DNA of 64,000 nt. Origin: the human T2T-CHM13v2.0 reference genome, Homo sapiens. Each line of letters opens with the position of its first letter. The stretch's first letter is position 1. The stretch is from the NCBI RefSeq assembly GCF_009914755.1, contig NC_060940.1. One strand, written 5' to 3'. The notes beneath the pieces were generated by a model, which was given only the letters and a program-made list of their open reading frames with translations, was not told where the DNA came from and did not search any database. Made by a program: the position numbers and the translations under genes. Shown piece by piece: positions 53,985-64,000 of this stretch.

Positions 53985-55801
53985 TCTAAAGCATACATTG
54001 GACTCACTATATATTAACATCAAAAGTGGCTACCTAAAATGGAGTCATTCTTTTTAAAAATCCAAATCCTCACATTTTTATATAAGATCCAAAATGACAT
54101 GAAATTAAACTCTACAATGTTATGAATAGTATAACAAACTGCTTTCAGAAAGCAAAATGAAAGGAAAAGAATTAGCAGTTGGGACGGTTGTAGGCCTGGG
54201 TTCCATGTCTTTTGAGGCATTGTGACAGAGAGCCAGCACCAAGGGGAAGGACCAGCCCCTCCCTGTGGCCACAGGAAGGAACTCAGTCAGACAGAGGAGG
54301 TGGGCGTGGCTGGTCAGCCTTCTTACGGTGACAGAGAAGCATGGTGGCATCTCCCTGCCCCTCAGGGCCCTTGGTGTGCCCACTGATTAGTCTTCTTTCA
54401 AGACCAGGGAGGGGTGGGGCTGGAAGAGGGCAGGGGATAGAGCAGGGTTCAAAATGATTATTTTAATAATAAAGGTCCTTCTGGGCTTCCTAAGGAGGGC
54501 CGTAGCCACCCAGCGATGTTGGTCAACTCCATCCACCAGGTCCCCCACAGGCTTCCTTAACCCACTTGCTCTTTCTGCTCCCTATGACTGGGATACCCTC
54601 TGCTTCATGAGCCTCATGGGCAGCCAGAGACCTAGGGGGACTCTAGGAGGACCCAAAGGACACTCTGGCCTTTGAAGTAGCTGGATGTTGTCCAGAACAT
54701 CTTGGCTGTACCAGACCCCTGGGGTCCAGGCCAGCAGCCACATTGATGTAGGGAGGGTACTGGGGGGGTCCCCACCCTGGCCTAGTCTTGGCTCTGAAGC
54801 AGGACTGGGTTGAGCTGACTGGGGCTGTGCCCCAAGCCCCTGACGCTTTGGTTCACACAATTCAGGGGAGGACACTTGTTTGCATCTGCTGGGGAGATCC
54901 TAGGCCTGGTCCTGCTTCCTCCCAGCCTCAGGTGGGCTGACAATCCCTGCCTTTCACACCAGCAGTTCTGTCTGCTGAGAGCACGGCACATTCCCCACCA
55001 CACCTAGGAACTGCACTACAAAGGTGGGAGGGGCGCTTCCAAAACCGGAGGATTTGCCCTTAGCAGAGACAGGCTGCTTTTCCTCCTGTCCCCAAGGATG
55101 GCACTGTCCCTTGGCTGAGGGTGTCACACGAACTTCTCAGCTTCCCCCTTCCCCCTGGGCCCACTGGTCTCCAGGCAGACCCAGCCCCAAGACCCACCCT
55201 GCACATCTCCCCTGCCAGAAACCTGGGGACACGTCGCCCCTGGCTAGAGCAGACGGAGAGGGCTGTGACTCACCCTCTGCCCTCCCAGTCCCCAGGCCTA
55301 CGTCTTAAAGCTGGCCTTCTCCCCCACACGGCAACTGATGCCTTACACCTAGCCCACCTCTGGGGCCCCAGCCCCACCATGAGCCTCCGCTTTCCTAACC
55401 TATGTGGCTGCTAGCTTGAAAGATATGGGAAGGCTGGGCTGGCATCACACCCTCCTTAGGGCAGGGAGAAGCCACTTGACTTCCAGCCTGGCTCCAGTGC
55501 CCCGGAAATAAGGGGGGTGCTGATGGCTCTCAAGAAAGTGAATCTTGTCATGGGAAAGAGGTTTGTGGAATCCGGATGGGCCACAGCAATCTGGCCGCCC
55601 GCACTGCCCGCTGGTGCCAGGAGTACGAGCGGCACACCCTCTCCCTGCCTCATACCCCTGCGTCCTCACTCCCGAGGTCTCAGAACACCGAGCTGGGTGG
55701 GGCCCTTGGTGCAAGGCAGCTGTGAGGAGCTAGGCTGCGCGAGGCCTGCTGGGCCCACGGCGCCGACTCAGGTCAGGCTGGCAGGGGCCACAGCCGCAGA
55801 G

Positions 55802-57550
55802 TCAGGGCAGGCAGGCGGCTACCTGGTAGGCGCCCTCCGCTGCCGCGGCGGCGGCACTGTGCTGCGCGCTGTGCTCCTGCAACAAGGCCACGTCTAGGAA
55901 GCGCTCCCCGCACCATACACACTTGAACTGCTGCTCGCGGGCGTGCACGCCCTGGTGCTTGTTGAGATGCTCCCGCTGCTTGAAGGCCTTGTCGCAGTTG
56001 GGGCACTTGTAGGGTTTCTCGCCTGTGTGTACCCGCCGGTGCCGCTGCAGGTCTGACGCGTACTTGAAGCGTTTCTCGCAGTCTGGGCACTTGAGTGGCT
56101 TCTCGCGGGCCGGATCGCAGCGGTGCTGCACGAACTCGGAAGAGGAGAAGAAGCGGCGTTCGCAAAGCGTGCAGCGCAGGGGCTTCTCTGCCGCCGCACA
56201 GTGGGCCAGCTGGTGCTTCTGCAGGGCCGACGCGCGCTTGTAGGCCTTGTTGCACACAGGGCACTTGAAGGGCCGCTCGGCCGCGCCGGGCAGGCACTTG
56301 TGCCGCAGCAGCTCGGCAGATTGGTCAAAGCCTTTCTGGCACACGGGGCACTTGAAGAGAGTCTCGAGGGTGTGCACGTGCTGGTGGTAGAGCAGGTGGC
56401 TGGGCTGCCCAAAGCCCTTCTCACATAGGCCGCATTTGAAGGGCTCCTCGGTCTTGTGTGTGCGCCGGTGGCGCATCAGTGCGTACTGCTGCTTGAAGCC
56501 CATGGGGCACAGGTCGCACTTGAAGGGCCGCTCGGCGCTGTGTGTGCGCTCATGCTGCCGCAGGTCCGAGGGCCGCTTGAAGGCCTTCTGGCACTCGCCG
56601 CAGCGGAAGGGCCGCTCCCCACTTGGCGTGCACGGGTGCTGCAGCAGCTCCGACGACTCCTTGAAATGCAACTCGCACACGTTGCAGCGGAACAGGTGGT
56701 GCTCGCCCGAGTGCGCGTACATGTGGCGCACCAGGTGAGAGCGGTGCTTGAAGGTCTTCTCGCAGACTGCGCACTTGTAGGGCCGCTCGGAGCTGTGCGT
56801 GCGCTTGTGGTGCACCAGGTGCGACGACTGGCTGAAGCTTTTGTCACACAGCGTGCACTTGTAGGGCTTCTCACCGGTGTGGATCCGCTCATGCCGAGAG
56901 AGCTCCGACAGGTGCTTGAAGGGCTTTTGGCAGATGGGGCAGCTGTAGGGCTTGTCGGCCTGTTCAGCAGGGGTGACAGTGGAAGGCGCGGGTGCTGCGG
57001 GAAGCGACGGGGCGGCTGTGGTGGCTGGCTCCGCTGCCTCAGCTGGCTTGTAGGTCTTTTCACAGATGGAACACTTCACCAGGCCACTGTGGGAGCTGTG
57101 GTGCTGTGCCAGTGAGGTGAGTAGTGAGAAGCCCATCTTGCAGACCCCACAGACGAAGGGCTTCTGCTCAGCCTGCACGCACTGGTGCTCCAGCAGGTCA
57201 GTGGCCTGGTGGAAGATCTTGAGACACTGTGTGCACTGGAATGAGCGGTCATGGCCCGCCAGACACTGGTGCTCATGCGGACTGGACAGGTGCGCCAGGT
57301 CGTGACCACACACGCCACATTTGGGGCCTGGCTCTCCTGCTGCCTGCAGGGGTGCGTGTTGTGGGGGCTGCAGGCCGGGGTCTGGCTGCAGGAGGATGCC
57401 ATAGACGGCACAGCCCAGGGGGTTCTCCGCCGTGCCCGGAGGCAGCGTGTGCTCTGCCAGGGCTGGCGGTGGCTCTGCATGGTGCTGAGGCTGCGGTGGC
57501 TGTGGCTGCTGCGGCTGCGTCTGTGGCGGCTGTTGCCAGCTTTCCGACAT
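55802..57550 (-). CDS. ZNF319: Zinc finger protein 319 (582 aa, single coding exon, 16 C2H2/C2HC fingers, no KRAB)
   Basis: Long ORF MSESWQQPPQTQ... with TGEKPY linkers; exon acceptor tctctacag| at 57807. Confidence 0.96.
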   Translation of the reverse strand: MSESWQQPPQTQPQQPQPPQPQHHAEPPPALAEHTLPPGTAENPLGCAVYGILLQPDPGLQPPQHAPLQAAGEPGPKCGVCGHDLAHLSSPHEHQCLAGHDRSFQCTQCLKIFHQATDLLEHQCVQAEQKPFVCGVCKMGFSLLTSLAQHHSSHSGLVKCSICEKTYKPAEAAEPATTAAPSLPAAPAPSTVTPAEQADKPYSCPICQKPFKHLSELSRHERIHTGEKPYKCTLCDKSFSQSSHLVHHKRTHSSERPYKCAVCEKTFKHRSHLVRHMYAHSGEHHLFRCNVCELHFKESSELLQHPCTPSGERPFRCGECQKAFKRPSDLRQHERTHSAERPFKCDLCPMGFKQQYALMRHRRTHKTEEPFKCGLCEKGFGQPSHLLYHQHVHTLETLFKCPVCQKGFDQSAELLRHKCLPGAAERPFKCPVCNKAYKRASALQKHQLAHCAAAEKPLRCTLCERRFFSSSEFVQHRCDPAREKPLKCPDCEKRFKYASDLQRHRRVHTGEKPYKCPNCDKAFKQREHLNKHQGVHAREQQFKCVWCGERFLDVALLQEHSAQHSAAAAAAEGAYQVAACLP

Positions 57551-58522
57551 GCTTGGGAAGATGAAACAGGGTTTGGAGAGTAATGGCTTCAGTTTCCCGC
57601 TTCACGTGACCCAATCCAGAGAGAGAAGCTGCCCAATCACAGAGATGGACAAGGACCTCAGACAAGGCACAGAAGAGGGGCTGGTCAGACAGCCCGAGTC
57701 AGTAACCAAGCGGACAGACTACAAGGCTCTGCCTACAGGACATGGGGGCTCTTCAAGGGAGGGTCCCAGCAGTGCCGGGGAGACTCTGCCTTCCCCAGTG
57801 ATCCGTTCTGTAGAGAAGAGAGAAAGTATGAGCTCGAGGAAGGAACAAGCAGCAGTTTCCTGGGCCCTCTCCCTGTCCTGCCCGCACTCACCACACCATC
57901 ACAAACCACACATCGGGGAAGGCAGAGGTGCTCAGGGCTGCAGGACTCCTCCCTTCTTAGGCAATCAGAGAGGTCTGCAGCCAGCTCAGCTCCTCCAGGC
58001 AGAGGAAATGGCAGCGGCCTCCACCCCCACCCACCTCAGTGCCCCGCCCCTGGGCCAGGACATCCCAGCCTCCACAAGTCCCCTCCAGCTTCCTGCCAAC
58101 CCTTTAGCTGAGACTCACAGGTGAGAGTCCGGGGTTATCTGCCTACAATACAGAATCCTCCTTAAGGCCCGCAGCTCCTCTCCTGTTGCTACCCTGAGTC
58201 TTAATACGGGCCACACCACTTAGAGCTAAGGAGGCCAGACCTCCCAGGTCTGAGAGCCCAGTGGCAAATGGCCTCTGACAGTCAATATTTAGGACAACTA
58301 CGTGGAACCAAGGACCATTTCAAAAACTCTCACCTATGAGGGACTGACCACACCCCTTCAACTATCCCTGACCACAGGCCCATTCTCTCTCCGCGTGACA
58401 GGATGGGTGGCCCTACAGGAACCAGAGCCCATAGGTGATGGGGGCTAGATGAGAGGGCCACAGAACCACCCAGGCTTGATGTCCACACAGCAGAACTTCC
58501 TCACTCTGGTTCTCTCCCAGAA

Positions 58523-58564
<42 letters not shown>

Positions 58565-58781
58565 GTCCTAAATCCTCTGAATCTCATAGTGTCAAGGCCT
58601 GCAGGAAAATGTAAGAAACTGCCCTGGTCTGCCTTGGCAATGCAGGATGCAGCATGCTAACCACAGAGCATTTCTCATCACCTCTCTAGAGACAACTCCA
58701 TTCCCTTACTCCAAGCCTATAAAGTTCTGGGTAATTGTTGGAAGGTAAAGCCCACCCAGCCCAGGCAAATCTCTAACTCAC

Positions 58782-59150
58782 CACTTTGTGGCAGCATGAG
58801 GTAATGCCAGCGAGAGGGAGGAACTTTCAGAGTCAGATGCAACCCACTTCCAGGTTCCCAGCTCATCTGCCTCTTACATTTAAAAGTTTGTAAGTTTTCT
58901 CCTGAGCAGAGGAAGAAGGAAGGAGAAGCCTTCACAGGACAGTCTGGCCTCTAACTGCTCTGCCAAAGAAATGTAAGAGTCAGGCTAAAAGCTGTCATCC
59001 TCAGCATCTTCCGGAAGGGAGGGAGGAGAGGAGCGGCTGCTCTGGGTGGAGGCAGCAGGTTGCTTGAGCAAGCAGGTACCACTCTAAGCCTTCTCGGGAC
59101 AGAGAGGGGGAAGGTGGGCTTCTCTGAGCGCCTGTAGGTCCGCTGTGCCA
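58782..59150 (-). other. ZNF319: Possible alternative non-coding first exon of ZNF319 (5' end approximate)
   Basis: Strong donor aaagtg|gtgagt at 58782/58781. Confidence 0.45.
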
Positions 59151-59689
59151 ACCCACTGTTTTGTTTGCTTTTTCTGGCATGAATGGCTGTCAGACAGTGT
59201 CCCCTGGCTTGGTCTGCAGCACCCCCTGCCCACCCTGGCCCTCCTGCAGCAAGGTGCAGCCAGGAAGCCTCTGTGATCACTCCGCAAAGGGGAGAGAGGA
59301 GGCAAGGAGAGGCAGGGGAGGCCCCCCACCTGCGCCCCACCCCGTCTCTTCTTCCTCCCTGAGAAACCGAATGAAAGCCGATCACCTCCCGCCGGCCCTG
59401 CCTGCAGGCCCAGCTGGGCTGCGTCCTGTCAGCCCTCGTCCGGGATGGCCCGGCCGCTGCGACCCGAGGGCGAGCCCCGAGGGCGGCCGGGCTGGAGAAA
59501 GGCCCCAGGGCTACAGGCCGGGCCCAGGAAGCGGCTGCGCCTCGAGGCCCGGCCTGGGCCGCCCAGAAGCTCAAGAGGCCGCTAGGTCGCGGCGGAGGGG
59601 CGCGGGGGGGCGGCCGGGCCGGCAGAGGAAGGGGTGCGGCGGGCGCGGGGGTGGCCCCCAGATGCGGCCCCGGGCGCCCCGCCGCTCAC

Positions 59690-59950
59690 CTGCTCCAGGC
59701 CGCCTGCAGGGCAGGCGCGGGGCGAGCGGCGACCAGCTGCTCTCTCGGCCGCCCCTTTATTCCGGCTCCATCCGCGGCGGCGCGGCCTACGCGCGCTGCC
59801 AATCCCCGGCCTCGCGTAGCGGCTGCGGCCGGACCGGGGGCGGGGGACGGGCTAGCGGCGGCCGGAACGGAGGAAGCGACGCGCGCTGCCGGAGTAGCGG
59901 GGCCGGGGCGAGGAGCGCCGGGAGGGCGGGCGGACGGACCGATGGCCTTG
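59690..59950 (-). other. ZNF319: ZNF319 non-coding first exon in the CpG island (5' end approximate)
   Basis: Consensus donor gagcag|gtgagc; CCAAT and GC boxes nearby. Confidence 0.6.
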
Positions 59951-60766
59951 CGGAGACGGGCGGACGGGCGGGCGGCGCGGGGGCCAGGGAGGCGGGGCCG
60001 GGGGAGGAGCGGCATCCCGGGCGGCGGCGGCCAATGCGGGAGGAGCGGGCGGCGCGGAGCGAGGCCGCCCCCTGCCGGGGACCCCGTGGCCGGGCCAGGT
60101 CGGACAAGCCGGGTGCTCCGGGCGGTTTTCGAGTCGCCAGGCCTGGGCGCCTCGACTAACCGAGGAAGGGCGCTCTGCTTCCGGCCACCCCGCTCGGGCT
60201 TAGGGGAGGGGGCTCCGGGTGACCGCCCTCGGCCCGGCTCTGCGCAGGAGAGGAGGGGCCTCCTAGAGGCTCTGGTCTGCCACAATTGATCCGCCCCTAA
60301 CTGCTCAGCTTGGCTTTTAGGGGCTTGGACTTTGGGCTGGTTTGAGGAGGGGGCTCCAGGACCTCTGATCCTGGCCGGGCTCGGGGCAGGCAGGGGTCTC
60401 CGCTGGGTCTAGTGCGCTGACCCGGGACTGTCGTGTCTGGTATGTCTGGTCCCGGGTGGCTGCAGACAGCAGCGGGCAGAAAGGTGAGGGCCCTGAGCGA
60501 TATATGAAATGGGTACACGAAGGCTGGGGAGGTCCCAGCGGGGTGCCGGGAGGCTGCAGGTGACCAGATCCGCGTGCGCAGCCGGCAGACAGCTTGGAGT
60601 CGGTGGGCTGAATCTTCACCACTGTCCTGCCGGGTTCCGCCCCTCCCGGCTCCGCCCCGAGGCGGTGCCAGCCCAGGCCCCGCCCCTGGGAGGGCGCTTC
60701 CGGCACAGCGGAACTCCGGGTGCCGGTTGAGGTTGCTGGTGGACCTGCTCTGGTGGTCTTGGATGA

Positions 60767-60871
<105 letters not shown>

Positions 60872-61684
60872 TGAGGAGTGAGGAAGTCTCTCCGGAGGGC
60901 GCGCGCATTCACCCTAGAGCCAGACGGGACCCGAATGTCTGGGGGTGGAGTGGGGAGGGAGGATGCGGGGCGGCTCTGGGAAGGAAAAGGGGACGCAGGA
61001 AGAAAGGAGGATCCAGAAGATATACCCCTCCCCCCCTCCCCAGACAAAGCTCCAGAGTGGCCCCACCTGGCTAGGGCCAAGTTGGGAGGCCAGACCTGGG
61101 TTCGGGTCCAGCCTCGCGCTGGCCCACTCTATCGCCTGGCACACATCCCTGTACCATCCTAGGTCCGTTTCCTGATTTGAATACAATTGCGATAGTAATA
61201 CTTGCTAAAGCGTAGGGAGAGCCTTTTCATTCATCCAGTAAATATTCACTGAGCACCCACTCCCTGCCAGGCTGGGGTCTGGTAATTCAGTGGTGAACAA
61301 AACCGTCGGCCTTACTTCCTGGGGCTTAGATTCTTAAATGCTAGGCCTTATCTTTGCTGAGTGCTTTACAAGCAGTAGCTCAGTTGATCCCACAATTGCT
61401 CTATCAGGTAGACATATACTTTCAGATGAGGCATTTGAGGCCCAGAAAGGGGACATGACTTGCCCAAGGTCATAGAGCTAGAAAGTGCTACTCCAGCTGC
61501 AGCCTGTCCAGCTTGGAAATGTGACCCCTGAACCACATTGTTGCATGCCCTGTTGTTTCCCATGGGGACCTTGTGCCCCAGAGTTGGAGACCCCAATGAG
61601 ACAATACTGGAGAAACAATTTCGCTATCTAGAAGCTGCTTCCAGCACCAGGCTGGAAACACACACTCAGAGCCACCATATATAA

Positions 61685-61939
<255 letters not shown>

Positions 61940-62435
61940 TGATGTGTGAAAGGCAAGTTGCCAAGACCCATAGACCCGTAGGTGCCTCATGAAGGGCAGA
62001 ATCTGGCCCCAACTAGAAGGAAGAAACCAGAAACCTCTAACACTGGTGGTGGGAAAGTCATTGACTTAGCAGAGAAAGAGCAGGTTTCAAGAACTGGGGA
62101 TTTTTCTGTCATCTTGGTTTTGAATTCGTAGCCTAAAATGTGTATTACCTCTGGGTATAATATTCTCCCTGTTCACGAGGAGGTGACCAAAGGAGAATCT
62201 GGAGCAGGGTGTCAAGGTCATGCCAGGCACTTTATTTCTGAGAGGGCCCTGGGTACGCTGGGTGTGCAAGGTTCAAATCCCACCCTAGCTCTGATCAGCA
62301 GGTGGAAGACAAAAAATGCCCAGGCTTCAGAGTCAGACCTCACTCCGCTGCCCACTACTCTGGGTGCCCTTTATAAGATACTAGACTTCTCAGAGCTTCA
62401 GTTTCTTCAAATCTAAAATGGGGGTAGCACTGGCT

Positions 62436-64000
<1,565 letters not shown>

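Noticed and set aside
55773-57480. Alternative-frame and antisense ORFs over ZNF319
   Set aside because: By-products of GC3-rich zinc-finger codon usage

Overview
This is human (or great-ape) genomic DNA, recognisable as the 16q21 CNGB1-TEPP(SPMIP8)-ZNF319-USB1 locus. Four genes are present. (1) Minus strand: the 5' half of CNGB1, i.e. non-coding exon 1, coding exons 2-14 (GARP domain) and the GARP2-specific terminal exon; the gene continues off the left edge. (2) Plus strand: complete TEPP/SPMIP8 (8 exons, 271 codons, plus an 81-nt alternative acceptor). (3) Minus strand: ZNF319 (single coding exon, 582 aa). (4) Plus strand: USB1 exons 1-2, sharing a CpG-island promoter with ZNF319. All coding exons were placed by GT/AG boundaries and reading-frame continuity. 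The rest is Alu-rich, with old L1/L2/MIR, MaLR/ERV LTRs and MER elements. The most notable observations: (a) a 72-nt inverted copy of CNGB1 exon 7 plus its splice donor sits in intron 4 and can fold back in the pre-mRNA around an in-frame exon 5-7 module; (b) a dense RFX x3 + EBF/Olf-1 + homeodomain cluster followed by a strong splice donor deep in CNGB1 intron 14 looks like an internal ciliary/olfactory promoter; (c) the GARP exons show a perfect (0,1,2)x4 intron-phase periodicity; (d) a 13x YCAY cluster lies at the GARP2 acceptor. Gene identities rest on recognition from memory; no database search was run.
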